Shown here piece by piece: positions 51,122-64,000 of a DNA stretch of 64,000 nt. A program made the translations under genes and the position numbers. The stretch spans positions 572,538-636,537 of the forward strand of contig MU004235.1 of the NCBI GenBank assembly GCA_010405405.1, in the 5' to 3' direction. The notes under the pieces are model-generated. The model was not told the DNA's origin. It did not search any database and worked only from the letters and a program-made list of their open reading frames with translations. Position 1 is the stretch's first letter. Each line of letters begins with the position of its first letter. The stretch is from Microthyrium microscopicum. Lineage: Eukaryota.

Positions 51122-51448
51122 GTAGAGCAATCTCGTGGGTTTGTTGGACTGGCTACCTTATATACTGTCGGTTGAACTGCTGAGTAGGATAGGCAAGTAT
51201 GAACAGGGCCGGCAACTATGGAGTTTAGCAGGAAGAATGGAAACCATGATATTTAGTGCAAATACAATACAGTTATGCCTCTAGCTTCACGCTCAAGCGA
51301 GACTTTGAAATCGCCAACAAGCCAAAAACTGTCCTGACCTGTGTCTAAAACGCCATACATGCTATGAACGCCAGCAGCTCCATCGCTGAATCCCAAATAT
51401 CGGGCGCTCGCTTTCTATCAATTATACACACTCTTCTTAACCCTCAAC

Positions 51449-52610
51449 TCACCGCTGCGGCTGGGCGTTATATCCATAAGGAGTTTGTGGGTAAGGCTCC
51501 GTCTCGTGAGGACTATATCCCGTCGTCGGGCTCAACGCACTTGGGGCATGATACGCGCCCCCACCATACGAAGTATCCTCGTCCCGCACATCGCCAGATT
51601 CTGGTCGGCCATATCGCGATTCTTCCCAGGGACGACCTGGATGCGCACCAGCCTGTGGATCGCGGTGGATGCTGTCTGATGACGAGCCGTGTAGGAGTTG
51701 AAATTCATCTTCCTCCTTGTCGCCGCCGTGCTCGGTTCCTGCGCTGCCAGTTCTATTGTGCTGCGCATCGTAGCCGCCGCCGTAGCCAGTGTCATCGTGC
51801 ATGTCGGTGCTCCAGGCGGGGTCTTTGTTGGCATCTTCTGCGCCGCCCGGTACGGCGTAGGCGTTTTTGCCAAGCCATGGTTCTGTGACGGAGGAGTCTT
51901 TTTGGATTTTGCGGAGGTAGAGGTAGGAGATGACAGCCGTGGGAATGAAGAGGACACTGCGGGACATTGTCAGCGCTTGTATGTGAATGATTTCGGTCGA
52001 ACAGTTGCTTACAAGAGGACTACGCCAAAGCCGACGCAATCGTTGGCCAAGTCACATTTTTTCGGGGTTCCGAAGTCCTTGAGCTCGAAAGTGGTGCAAT
52101 TCTGACTTCCACCTGGTAGCTTCATCTCAGCCGCACCAGCTGCTTGACCAGCACGAACCCAAGAGACCATGGACGCCCATGCAGCTAGCCAGAGAATCTA
52201 TTGCATATTCGTTAGTTTATAGTTCGTGTGTTTATGATGTGCAGGTTTGATGTTCTCGAGGGTCTGCAGGACAGGGGCGCGTACAGCTAGAATAGCATCA
52301 ATGGCCAGGAAAGCGAAGACGTTTGCGAATCTTTGTGTGCGTTCCCACATGGGAATGCTAGCGAGATAAATGAGGAACGGAATGGTAAGAAAGCTCTGTG
52401 CAATAATGTTAGCCAAATTGGTGTGTATGCAGGTTGCCGTCGCCAACGAACCATTATGCCATAAAAGCGTCCTCGACCGTCGGTTTTGCCTGTTTGAGCG
52501 GCCATAGCAATGAATAGAATGATAGCTACTAGCAGAACCAAGGCCTGAAGCGTATGCAAGGCCAATTTGACCTTGCCTAGCATGCTGAGGTTCAGCTTGG
52601 AGACGCCCAT
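51449..52610 (-). CDS. MARVEL-like four-transmembrane protein with Gly/Pro/Tyr-rich tail, three introns
   Basis: Spliced TM segments LHTLQALVLLVAIILFIAM, FLTIPFLIYL, AFLAIDAILAILWLAAWASM and VGFGVVLFVLFIPTAVISYLY, with a Cys pair in the loop. Confidence 0.75.
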
Positions 52611-53715
52611 GGTGGGATTTTGCCAATGTAAGCGTATATTAGGGGGTGGAGATAGAATTGAACGTAAGGAATAGAAGGAGAGCGTCTAACGGAGGTGAAA
52701 GAGCGACAGGACCAACAGTAAAAAGGAAGGAGAGTGAAGGAGAGTAAGCAAACAGCGCGATAGCAGCCAGGAGATATTGGGTGGTGAGAGCTGAGGGAGT
52801 CGTGAACTTGTTCGCGAAGTGATACGAATTGAGGCTGAATGCTGGGGGCTGAGTTTAGAAGCCTCCACTCTCCCGCTCCCCATGCTCCTTCTTGTAGGAT
52901 CCATCAGCCCAAACCTTTATTGTAATTGAGACAACCCATTTTAAAGTACTACAAATGTCTCTACTGCACTATTGTCAGTTGAATAGGAAAGACGGTGGTG
53001 AATTGAACGCATTGCAAATACCAACACTTTAACCCCAAGACATAGCGGTGTCATTTACAACATGATACTCAGCAGAACGTGAAAGTTTGAGAACTACAGG
53101 ATGCATACATAGTTATATCAATGCTCCTCACAAATCGAAAGCGGATCTGTATACAGAGATTTTGCATCCCGTCTTTCAGGAAACGTGTAATGGCTTCTGA
53201 GCGTTGCCAGCAGGTTTAATTCCAGATTTACCTATTTCGATACAGTACCACCTGGTAGCCGCTACCTGTACCATTTATTGCTTTGTGTAAAATGAAAGCC
53301 AATAATTCCGCTATTCTTTGGTTTGTGACTTGAGGTTACAAATCCAGGAAAGTTCCACGGACTGTGAAAATAAAAGACCGTGTTTAGATATCAGACTCCC
53401 CTGTCCATACTTATTATGGATACTGATGGTTAATATGGATTGCAAGAAGGCACTGACAGTAGTCTTTCCACATCAAATTCGATGCAGTGCAAGCAAGACA
53501 TTTAATACCATTCTTTATACACTTAAATCGCTCGGCTCTCAAGTTATGAAGCTTTACCTTAAGGCGTCGTGAACGGTCAATTAATATCACCGGGAATATT
53601 TGACCAAGCACACTAGTAGTAGTAGGGGCTGAGCATCGACTTGGACCCTGAAAAACGCTCAAGCTTGGGAATCAGCCTTACGGTACCAAATAATCTGAAC
53701 ACCGTTTAAGTCATA

Positions 53716-53929
53716 CCTCTGTCTTGCATTCTGTGCTTTCAGGGTGCAGGAATATTTTTGTTGAGTTCAGCTTCATACACCACTCTCATTGGTTGAGCAT
53801 CAGGGCTTTTGGACTCTTGGCCTGATCTAGTCACGTGATATGCTTCTGTGACCAATCAGAGTAGAGAAATCTAGCAAAATCAGAAAAAACTGATCTGGCA
53901 CCCTGAAAGCACAGAATGCAAGACAGAGG
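53716..53929. mobile_element. MITE 1 (Tc1/mariner-type), 214 bp
   Basis: Perfect 32-bp TIR CCTCTGTCTTGCATTCTGTGCTTTCAGGGTGC (53716-53747 and 53898-53929), TA on both flanks. Confidence 0.88.
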
Positions 53930-54006
53930 TAAAAAAGTCCGGAGGTACAGACGAGATTATAACATATCAACGGCCATGCAGTTCATTTCGACTTCTACTC
54001 GAACTA

Positions 54007-54481
54007 CAGTGTCATCAGGGTTCTCTTACCCTCCCCCTTGAAAACGTAAAATGGGGCTTCAGGCCGTGATTGGGTGGATCTTCGGGGCGAGATGGGCGTT
54101 ACAGTGCAAATTTGTAGGGCGCCTCCCGGTCGCGGCCCATTAGCAGCCCTTGAAAATCATCCTTCCTAAATACCACATCTTGGGTCGCTTTTGAAGCCAT
54201 ATTCGCGACGCAAAGAGCAAGATTCTAGTACTAAAAACTACTCGCTACTAGCTTTAACATATGTTAGAACACTAAAATTCAAGATATCCAACAAAGATTT
54301 GGCTTTAGAATTAATAATATTGTTGTTTGGGAAGATGATGGAGTTGGTAAGATTGATCTAAGGGGCTACGCCGCTAAATTTGCATACTAACGTACTCTTC
54401 AGATCCTTCCGCCCTCCAATCAGGCCCTGAAGCGCCATTTTATAAATTCAGGGGGAGGGTAAGAGAACCCTGATGACACTG
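54007..54481. mobile_element. MITE 2 (Tc1/mariner-type), 475 bp
   Basis: CAGTG..CACTG termini, perfect 32-bp TIR extending imperfectly to about 120 bp, TA on both flanks. Confidence 0.88.
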
Positions 54482-55290
54482 TAGAAATTAAATATAAAAT
54501 ATCAACTTCTTGCGATTGTGTTTCATTTTTCCACGTTCTAGCCAGACGCACCAATCATGAGAGGGCTTCAAAGCAATAAGGCTGAGTGGCAAACATTGTG
54601 GTGGAAGAAGTTGTTGGACCTAGACGTTAAACTCGATGATACATTTATGCCAGCTCTATATCGTCATATATACACAGTTTAGGCCATTAGGCTTTACAGT
54701 GCAGTTTGTTATGCAGTATTACGTCTAGGATGTTGATCAAGTTATTTCCGTACACGGGCAAGGTTGGTTGTTCATCAAGATCGACACTGCAAACTTGGGG
54801 CAAAGCAACGCATTAGCGGAGAGTTGAGGCACTCGATGTTGAGTAGGAAAAAATCAACTCTTTTGGAGATCGTGAGTATTGCAAATTTATGAATCACAAG
54901 TTTCGCGGTGTGTACTTGATGCTAGCCATCGCACGTATGCATTGAGCACGAAAGGAGTTGGCTGTACGAAGAGTGGTGTTGGCACAGTCACGACATAATG
55001 CACAAAGAAAGAAACGAAGATTTAAGTGATAAAAATTTCATTATGCTGCTTTGTGCTCCAGGAAATGCCGCGGGTACTATGTCTATCCCAGACAAACGGC
55101 TTCCGTTGTCCGCAGACTTATGTGAATAACGCCATGCAATGCAGTTGTTGTTGATGATGCTGAATGAAAATGCTTTGACCCAGATACTCCGATTGATCAT
55201 TTTTTGGTCATATGCAGATCGTAAGGTGTGGTTTATTGTTTGATCCCGATGCCTGCAAGGAGACTAACTCGTCTTGCGGAAGCGATCCTT

Positions 55291-55503
55291 CTAAGATCCG
55301 CTTGAGCTTTGAGACTCGCGACGCTTCATGTCGTTGGTGAGGAGTTCTTTCCAATGCTCCATGCGGCCTTCTTCGACGGCACGCTCGTAGGCGCGTTGGT
55401 CGCGTTGCTTCATCTCATCGGAGCGAAGATCTGGGATTTTGCTGAGGAGGCGTTTGCTGAAGGACTTTTTGTCGGACATGTTGTTTTCGGTGGAGAATGG
55501 CAT
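55291..55503 (-). CDS. Small charged hypothetical protein, 70 aa
   Basis: ATG 55503 after a CA-rich leader (..atcaatcattATG), coding-like codon use, MPFSTENNMSDKKSFSKRLLSKIPDLRS... Confidence 0.55.
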   Translation of the reverse strand: MPFSTENNMSDKKSFSKRLLSKIPDLRSDEMKQRDQRAYERAVEEGRMEHWKELLTNDMKRRESQSSSGS

Positions 55504-56804
55504 AATGATTGATGTGTGATGTGTACCAAGATGTTGCGTTGTATGTTTGTAAAGTGTGGTGCGATGAGAAAACTCTTTGTGTGGAAGGAGTAAAGTTTGT
55601 TGATGTGGCAAGTGACCCTTCTGAAGCAGTAAGGGGTAAGCGGTTTCTGGCAGATTCTTTGTTCGTAAGGTGGAAAGTAATAATGGATTATCGTGACTTC
55701 CGGACCCAGGGTTTTATACCAGAGCCAAAGGCAAAAGGCCCATGGGAGAGCACAGCTTTACCGCCTCACATTCTGGCGTCAACCATGAAGCAAATTTTAC
55801 AATTTAGCAATAATGCAGGATTCCTTGTCCGGTCCGAGACGTTTGGTTGCACATCGCGCGAAAAGTCTGGAGAAAACGTGCAAAGAGATGGTCCGAGATG
55901 GCCAAATTTGCAGTGCAAGACGTAAAGGAAACCACGAGAGCCAATGGAAAGAAGGTCGATTACGTTGTAAAATCAAAGTCTTTCAGGGCCAGGTGATGGA
56001 CCTTTGGTCAGGCTGCGGATGGCTACCGCCGCTCAGGTACGTCACATTGGCATGCGGGGAAAGCCACTCACAGCCCGGAGCTGCTTCAATATTCATCGAC
56101 AATTGTTTTCGATGGTGTTCTGAATGATTGTTCGTTGTTGTCATTGTCTGCTGATCAGCTCGCTCTCGCTGTTGTCGGCTGCAATATGACGATACTTCGT
56201 ACTTCGTAGAGAAGAGCCGCGGTGCGCTGGTTTCGAACACGCTTCCCCTGAGTACAAAGAGAAATATCTTTCGTAGTGGCCCAGACAGTCGGTGAATCAG
56301 ACCAAGCTTCGGCTGGACATAGCTTTAGAGGTCGTGGTTCACGACAAAGCTAAAAAGGAGGCTGAAAATCACTGTTTTGTCACCGGTTCAGATCTGACCA
56401 CGTGAAGTCCTCAATTCCACCATTGGCTCATGAATTCGTCGCCACGATTTCCATATGTCACGAAATCCAATCTCATTGGTCTAGATCATTATACATACTG
56501 CAGAAAGTACACATAAAAACTGGGGTAATAAAACTGTAAACATCTTCCATCAGTATCTTCAATGACTTCAATCTACTCTTCTAAATGATACAAAACAATA
56601 TGGACTTGATTAGATATCTATCTCATTGCTGCCAACCGTTTATCTGACTAATACTATTGTCTCCAGCCATTAATCAAGACGAAGAAATAAGTAGACTCGA
56701 AGTATAGCGGTACTACCGTACGGTACCTAAGTCATAGCCGCTAATGAGAGGGAGCCATTTATCCATCTTGTCACCTCATTGAATGTTTCCTCCTCTTCAA
56801 TCTT

Positions 56805-58358
56805 CTAATAATTGAACTTACCTCCATTACCTCGCGGACCATCCGGCGCAGTCGCTGGGCGAAGATAAGCCGGTGGCTTAAGAATCTTGGGCTGTTTAGC
56901 AACCAGCCTTCCACCCTGAAGTTCAATCTTAGGAGGAGTGAATGAAAGTCGTCGTTTGACCTTCTGCACAGTCCTCTTCATAGCATCACTGCTCCGTCTT
57001 ACCAATTTTTGAAAGGGCGCAGGCTGCTTCTTCTTGATCTCAATGAGTGGATCAGTTGGAACTTGTGGAATAGCAATCGGTGGTCCGGCAGGTAGTCCAT
57101 CGCGCGGCAGATCCGGGAACAAGCTCACGATATCATCCCACTCTCTCTGCTCAATGCTCTGTTTATCATATATGCGTTTCTTGAGTAATAGCTTTGCAGA
57201 GGATTTCAGAAATTCGGTATTTACCGTCTTCTCTCGCATTTTCTCGTCAGGATTTAGCAGGAATATGAGGAGCTGTCCCCACTTTCTGGCCAAACCTGAG
57301 GATTTCAGCATATCTTTGATTTCGGCATAATCGTATTTCATGGCCTTTTCACCAGTGACGAACTCGAAGATGGTGGCGCCAAGTTGCCATTTGTTCACGC
57401 TTAGTAGGGCGTGGACAATGTACTGCTCATGCTCACCATTGGCGTACTCTGGCGGAATATACTCCTGGTCTGTCGCCTTGCTCTTGTTGAACGTACTTGA
57501 TGTTGCAATTGGCACTTCTTGGCCATTAACGGTAGTGGTCATGTTGATCAGAGCCCATTCTACAGGAAGCAGCATCTTTTGCTCTGGTATCAGCGAGTTC
57601 AGACTGCCCAGAATTGGGCGCGGAAGACCAGTATTATCTCTCGCCGAGGCGTAGCGGAAGAAGACGTTTTCTGGTTTAATTTCTCGATGAACGAGAGGAA
57701 TCCAAGCGTCGTCGCTATTACTTCCTTGGTAAGGAATGAAGTCTCCAGCTTGAAAGTTGTATTGATCGCCGGATTCTAGGTAGATCACTACAAGTATCAA
57801 GTGCAACGCAATATGTTCGACGAGCAAATGGGGCAGACCTTTTGTACCAAGTGCGCGTTGGCAACGTTCAATAAGCCGTTGGCCATCCTCACCTTCACAC
57901 CACTCGTAGTTCGTGTAGGAGCGGTCACCCTTGTTGATGTCGAATTGATAGACGTGGGGAATGGCAAGTTCTGTGCGTCTGTTTTCATCTAGAGCTTTGT
58001 CAAAAACGAGCGCGCGAAAGAGAAATTCGGGTGGGAAATGGTTTAGGGAGCCTGGGACACCTCTCAAAGCAGGGACATGATATCCTCGAGGTGTATAATG
58101 AGGCTGTAGCTTTCTTGACTTCAAGAATCTGAAGACTCCAGGCCGCTGTTTGTCTTCGTATTTCCCTATATCGATTCCAAGATAAAAAGGGTCATCTAGG
58201 ACATCGGTGTTTCGCTGTCTTCCGTCTCTGTCGTATTCATTGTTGGCTTTTTCATATGCCATGGAAAGTTGCTCTTCAAGGTCATGTAGACCGAATTCGC
58301 GGTTTTCCAGCTTGCCAGCATTCCTGAAGTTGACCTCAAACTCCGGAATTTCTGCCAT
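56805..58358 (-). CDS. Protein-kinase-like protein, probable pseudokinase, 517 aa
   Basis: LVHREIKPENVFF (subdomain VIb), YIPPEY (VIII), VNKWQLGATIFEFVTG (IX). No DFG motif. Confidence 0.75.
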   Translation of the reverse strand: MAEIPEFEVNFRNAGKLENREFGLHDLEEQLSMAYEKANNEYDRDGRQRNTDVLDDPFYLGIDIGKYEDKQRPGVFRFLKSRKLQPHYTPRGYHVPALRGVPGSLNHFPPEFLFRALVFDKALDENRRTELAIPHVYQFDINKGDRSYTNYEWCEGEDGQRLIERCQRALGTKGLPHLLVEHIALHLILVVIYLESGDQYNFQAGDFIPYQGSNSDDAWIPLVHREIKPENVFFRYASARDNTGLPRPILGSLNSLIPEQKMLLPVEWALINMTTTVNGQEVPIATSSTFNKSKATDQEYIPPEYANGEHEQYIVHALLSVNKWQLGATIFEFVTGEKAMKYDYAEIKDMLKSSGLARKWGQLLIFLLNPDEKMREKTVNTEFLKSSAKLLLKKRIYDKQSIEQREWDDIVSLFPDLPRDGLPAGPPIAIPQVPTDPLIEIKKKQPAPFQKLVRRSSDAMKRTVQKVKRRLSFTPPKIELQGGRLVAKQPKILKPPAYLRPATAPDGPRGNGGKFNY

Positions 58359-60944
58359 GATTAGAATGTAATGAATGAGTGGAGTTGTTGTCTTGCGTAG
58401 TGTTTGTAGTCCTCGTGTGTAAGGTTTTTTCTGATCGAGCCATTACATGGCTGCTGACTCTATAAATTGCTCGGTAAGACGTTACGGCTGTGAAAGAAAC
58501 TTGATATCCCCTTGTTCATTGACAAAGACATGAGATTTTTAGCGAGGCTTACAATAGAAGCATAAAGCCAAAGGAATCTTTGAAGCTTCGAATGACAAAG
58601 CTTTGTACACGCATGACCTGGACGATGTTCGTGAGAACATGATGATATACTTGTGGCAAGACACTGTTCGGTATAGCGTATCAGATCACAGTCCTCGGCG
58701 ACTGGTAAAATATACTGACTGGTATTTCTCAAACGATCGGTATCGTGGTCTAGCATCAACAACACCTTATTTGGACTGCTTTCGTTGCTATCGAAGGTGT
58801 AAACCTTGACATTTCTCAGTGTCGAGTGCGATGAAAGGATAAGCACAATCTCGATGAAAATTGTGATCCATCTCTCTTGTGGACGCGCTGTCAATCGAGA
58901 GCCATGTGGCCACTGGCTGGTGATTTCTAAGAGTCCATCATTCGAGAAGAGCTTGAAGAAACTCAGGGGCCGATATTGCGCAAGTGACTGTGACACAGGC
59001 TAATTATAGGGGAATTGACAGAATGTGGATACAAAACGTGGCGCGCAGCTAAATAGCCTGGAGGTAAAATAGGCTGTTTGGAGGAGCGCAGTTCGAAAGA
59101 GTCAATCACTAATTTGCCAAGTCAATAGCAAGGAATTTTCAAAGAGTAGAGCTTTCCATTTCTGACAAAGTCCATGGTTCAGCAATTCTCCTGGATCTCT
59201 CGAGACTTCATGTCCTGATATTTTGCAAGGAGGCGAGATTTAGAGAAAAATCAAAGCTAAATGAGCCGCACAAGGATTAGTGGAAGGTTCACAGTGCATG
59301 TACACAGTACAATTAAATTTGACCATGCAGTATTGGTGCTATTGGAGAGTTATATTGCCAGGATGTGCTTGCAAGGCATCAAGAAAGCTTGTTTACTTGA
59401 AACAAAGCCGCCAAATAATGTCCTGTTCCTGTTGGCCAAGACGTGTACCGCTCTACGGCACTGTGATGGTAATATTGAATAAAAAGAGAAAGATGCTAGA
59501 AGTGATGACGGTCAAAGATTCGACAGCCTCGATATTGCTTTTATGCGTAATATGGCTACTCTAAATGATATAGGTAATATGCCCATTACTTGCTGAGTAC
59601 AGAGTACAACATGTACCATTACATCAATTTGATTTAAGCTTTACTGTCCAGCAATCGCGAAGGAGAAAGAAAACGGACCTACCTTTTCAAATCTAGCACA
59701 AATACATAAAAGACACCGAGTCTCAAGCGCCTTTAAGGAACCTCGAGGACTGTGATTAGTTTGCGATCATTGCAGCAGCGCAAAGTCACCGTTATCATTT
59801 CTTGTCTCCTGAGGGGCTTGATTGGAGGAGGGTTCTGTTCAGGAATCAGGATCCTGCTTTGGTCGCTTGCAATCTTGCAATTGACCCCGTCGTGCGTCTG
59901 CCTGCCATCATACATACCTACATTTACTAATTCATGTCCAAGGTGTCAGGGTACTTGAGATAATAATTGTTGGATATTCTTTATTGTAAAGGAGACCTTC
60001 CACAAGCCTTCCAGACTCTTTTCGATCCTTTCAAGGTTTAGGTGCCAGGCGGCTGAATTTAGGGTGTCGCGGGCTCCGGGTGGCTGTGAAGCACCCACAA
60101 AAAGACTGGATAGGCTTCTAACCCAGCCTATTGGACGTGTCATTTCAACAGCCATTGCGGCAAAAGCACGACGACATCCTTGACGTGTAGAATTGGTAGT
60201 CGGCTAGTCAGCCACAGGCGTGGTTGCTCACGTTCTGACGCTTGGATTCGTTGAGGCGGACAAGGAGGCGTCCCAGTTTGGCAGAGAAACGCAGAAACGG
60301 AGAATCCAAGGAACACGGCATTCCAGAACTTGACAACGGCTCTATCTCAACGTCCGTCGACTTGACGTGACTAACTGTCTTCATTCCACACACGCTTTCG
60401 CTTCCTTTACGCAAGATCTCGGCCTGATCAAGTCAGTCTGATAGTTCGCCGAACCTCAGTAGAGTCTGTTTGTTTGCTTGGTTCAAACGACATCACGGCT
60501 CCACACCCGTTACCTGCAGCAACACCCCAATCAATTGCATCACCTATCAACATCAACACCGTCTACCGGTGCAACTGGCAACACTGGCTGCTGCTGCTAC
60601 TGTCATCGGTACGTTCCCCTCGTGTTCAACACCTCCACTTTGGTAATACGCAAAATTGGCGCATATCTCCTTGTCAACAAGGCGCGAAATGCGGAAGAGA
60701 AATCTCAGGAGGTTCACCGACTGGAAGTTATCATTTGCGATAACCTTTTGATAAAAGAAAATTCATAATTGACAAACTAACCAAGTCACTAGGTCGCTCC
60801 TCCTCCTTTAATGCTCACGCGAGCCGTAGCTCCTTCTCAATAATCGCGCCGGGGCCATCGCACCTGCCTCCGCTGTCATCGGATTCATCATCGTACCTTC
60901 CCCCGTTGCCAGACGGCAAAACAACACTTGCAGCAACACCCACA

Positions 60945-62773
60945 ATGCCTCCCTCAGCAAATTTGTGCGTATTTCCAACCATATCTCCTCTTGATCCTTT
61001 TCACCTCCCCGCCGTCTCCGTCTCCGTCCCCGTCTCCTTTATTAACACAACGCCATGAATAGGTTTGCTGATACATGGAATTCCTTTTGGCACGCCGTCA
61101 CCTCCAATGACCGGCATGCCACATACGACTCTCCCTATCGAGCGAGCCAACACGTCCCTCTCCCTCAATCCCGCCATGCCCCTCTTACTTCCGTCGCTAC
61201 CAGCGCTATCGAGTCCCGTGTCGACCTCAGCACCGATGCTGCTCCTCCTAGTGCTATCGATTCGAAAGCACCCTCCATCAATGGCCGCGCCATGTCCCCC
61301 TCCTCTCCATACTCGCCAGGCATGCGGTCTGCCCAGCGTGTTGTTTCCAACACAGATCTACAGCGAGCATCGATAGACAAATCACCCGCGGCAGATATAC
61401 AGATGCAGAATTTTGCTGATGGCCTTCCACCACCACCTCCTGTCAGTCATTCGTGGAAAAGAATAGAGCGATGGCTAGACGATAACTACCATGAGCTGAG
61501 CGTCAATCTTTGCGAGCCTGCTACAATCAATGACGTCAATGAGTTGGAACATGAGCTAGACTGCACTTTGCCAGCCGATGTCCGAGAATCAATTCAGGTT
61601 CACGATGGACAAGAACGTGGAGGTCGACCTGCTGGTGTGATCTTTGGCTGCATGTTATTGGATTGCGAGGAGATTGTTGAAGAATGGGGAAACTGGCGGG
61701 CTGTAAACGAGCAGTACTTGATCAATCAGCCAGAGCAAGTTGGAACACCACAAATTCCTGTAAAAGCATTTGCAGGGCCTTCTTCGTCAACCAGTACAGC
61801 AGTGCCAATGGCACAATCTCCGAGATCTAGTGGACAATGGCGGGACGATCTTCTCGGAAAGCAAGATTCGCAACCACCAAACGCAGTGCAAAAGGCTTAC
61901 GCTCACCCCTCTTGGATTCCTATGGCTCGCGACTGGGGTGGAAATTGCCTCGCTGTGGATCTTCTCCCTGGCACAACTGGCAAATGGGGTCAGGTCATTC
62001 TTTTTGGTCGTGATTACGATTGCAAATTCGTTGTCGCGAGGTCATGGGCTTCCTTCTTGGCTATGCTTGCAGATGATCTGACCAGTGGGTCTGACAAAGT
62101 CATTGTCGATGAGGAAACCGGTGAACTGAGTTTCAATTTGTTCAAGAAACAAGGTGTCAGTCCACCATACCTGGAAATCCTGCGATGGCGTTGTGATCAG
62201 AAATACGGCCGACGTACCGTACGCAAGCGACATAGTGGTCCCGGAAGTCCAGGTCTTCGAATCAATCCCAACGTTCAAGGACCCGCTTTCAACAATGTCT
62301 CTTCCTCTTCACCATATGCGAGCCCAACCTCAGGCTCTTCGGAACGTGGACGATCACCTCATCGCGTGAATGGAAAATCGCCCGTGGTTAATAGTCCTAT
62401 GCGGCCCCATATATCTAGTCCTCTTGCTCGAGTGGCTGAAGAGGCTCCGGGTATACAACCTCTAAGCGTTCGAACCGACACAGACACTTTGAAAGGAATT
62501 CCATCGAGAAAGGTGGACAAACTGATCTCTGTTGATACGCCACGTCACAGTGGAGATTTTCCAGCTCTCCCAGCTCTCCGAATCGGCTCGCCTGGACCGA
62601 ATAAGGAGAATCAAGAACCGGCGAAGAAGGCCTCGTTACCTGCAACGGCAGCACCTACTTCAGCACCAGCGGAGACTATCGGGAAGCCAGAGCAGCAAGA
62701 AGAGGCTACTGCTGGAGCTCCAAAGTCAGAGACTGATCCCTTGGCGGATGAAATGAAGACTGTCGCCATATAG
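60945..62773 (+). CDS. SMI1: Smi1/Knr4 glucan synthesis regulatory protein; exon 1 60945-60964, intron 60965-61062; likely 5' UTR intron about 60609-60792
   Basis: SFWHAVTSNDRHA, SWKRIERWL, HDGQERGGRPAG, YAHPSWIPMARDWGGNCLAVDL.PG..GKWGQVILFGRDYD. Confidence 0.92.
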
Positions 62774-64000
62774 CAGGCCCTTCAATCTGTGGCTTTTTTC
62801 AACAGCTGTCCGGGCACAAGAACAAACCATTCTGATTCAAAAAGCGAGTGGCTTATACGCGAGAAAAACGGTTAACATTTGTCGACCAACACGCTTTGGC
62901 CGTTCGAGCAAGCAATAGAGCGAGTATTCATATTGGTTCTTCGATGTCATTGTTTCATATCCACGACTTCGGCCATCACTTCGATAATAGGCATGGCCCA
63001 ATAGCCTTCCCCAAGCACATCAAGCAGCTCCCTCGCGTGGATTAATGCTTTGTTTCTTTCCCCATTATAATTTGTACGACTAGATCGTCCGCACGCCAAT
63101 AATTTTCCTGTTCGAGTAGCAAAAAAGAGAGGTTGTTCAGGAGTATTTGGAATCCTTGATCCTTATCCGATCAAGTCGATGCATTTGCAAGGCGTTTTTG
63201 ATCAAAGTGGCTTCTCCCATTGGAAAGAGATTACGGACTACTACAAGTGGTATGCATGTACGATAGAGAATTATAAGCGAGTTGAGCATTTTGACGGCTG
63301 GGGTTCTATGTACTTGGGCAGAGCAGCAATTTTGTGGAACGGCTCTAATTAAGTCTTTAGGCTCATATTTCCCTGATGTTCTTGCGTGAATTGGGATTGT
63401 CTCCTTGCTGCTGAGATACATTAAATTGGACGGCAATGATTGCACACTTGACTCATTTGTCTGGACACGATCACTACGGATTCTTTCCACGATTGAGAAA
63501 CGAGGACGGTAGATGTCGCATAGCGGATCAGATGTTTGACATGCTCTTCATTAATGATATCTTACATCGTAGCGTATAAATGGCGTATGCTCTCTACTGC
63601 CCATCATGACTCTCTTCACCGAAGCACGCTTATTTGTTTGATTCATTGATGAGTATCGTACAACTAATGTAAACAATCATGCAGCATATCAGGGGTGATA
63701 AATCTCAAAGCTCCGAGGCCTGCTGGTATCAAAGCAAGATAAGTATTCTCATTGACAGCGATGTCTGCTATTTGACTCATTGAGCAAGAAACGCTTTTAT
63801 CGAGTGCATATACTGCATGTCAAATCTTTGAATGCCATGGGATTTAGAGTAGTGACTCTTTAAGAAGTGTTATGGCAGACATGGCAGTTGATGGGAGTAG
63901 ATATCCCCGGCAGTAGCCGAAACTCGGGTATGTAGGTTTGAAGCTCTTGGGTGCCGAGGTCGGTTTTGACAGGTCAGACTCGCAAAGGCTTAAAAAGGAT

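Noticed and set aside
58460..60414. Short ORFs between the pseudokinase and SMI1
   Set aside because: No motifs and overlapping on both strands, so probably chance ORFs.
63137..64000. Possible gene fragment at the window end
   Set aside because: No coherent frame or motif identified.

Overview
Intron-containing DNA from a filamentous ascomycete (GT-AG introns with CTRAY branch points, RIP-mutated transposon). Conserved genes: MCT-type MFS transporter, RPL34 and PRP8 head-to-head, phosphoesterase-family acid phosphatase, multicopper oxidase, glutamate decarboxylase, AA11 LPMO, GH35 beta-galactosidase, MARVEL-like protein and SMI1/KNR4. Accessory segments: a HET-domain gene followed by three orphan genes sharing a C-terminal motif; an island at about 33-43 kb with a haloacid dehalogenase, a pseudogene, a divergent sulfide:quinone oxidoreductase / persulfide dioxygenase pair and a RIP-degraded MULE (85-bp TIRs, 9-bp TSD); two adjacent TA-flanked MITEs; a probable pseudokinase. 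Best leads: (1) the only PRP8 coding intron is structured and lies 3 nt from the known intein insertion site; (2) the SQR-PDO sulfide oxidation pair; (3) the HET gene plus orphan paralog trio; (4) a SET-domain protein with a signal peptide. All calls come from reading motifs by eye; no searches or folding programs were run.
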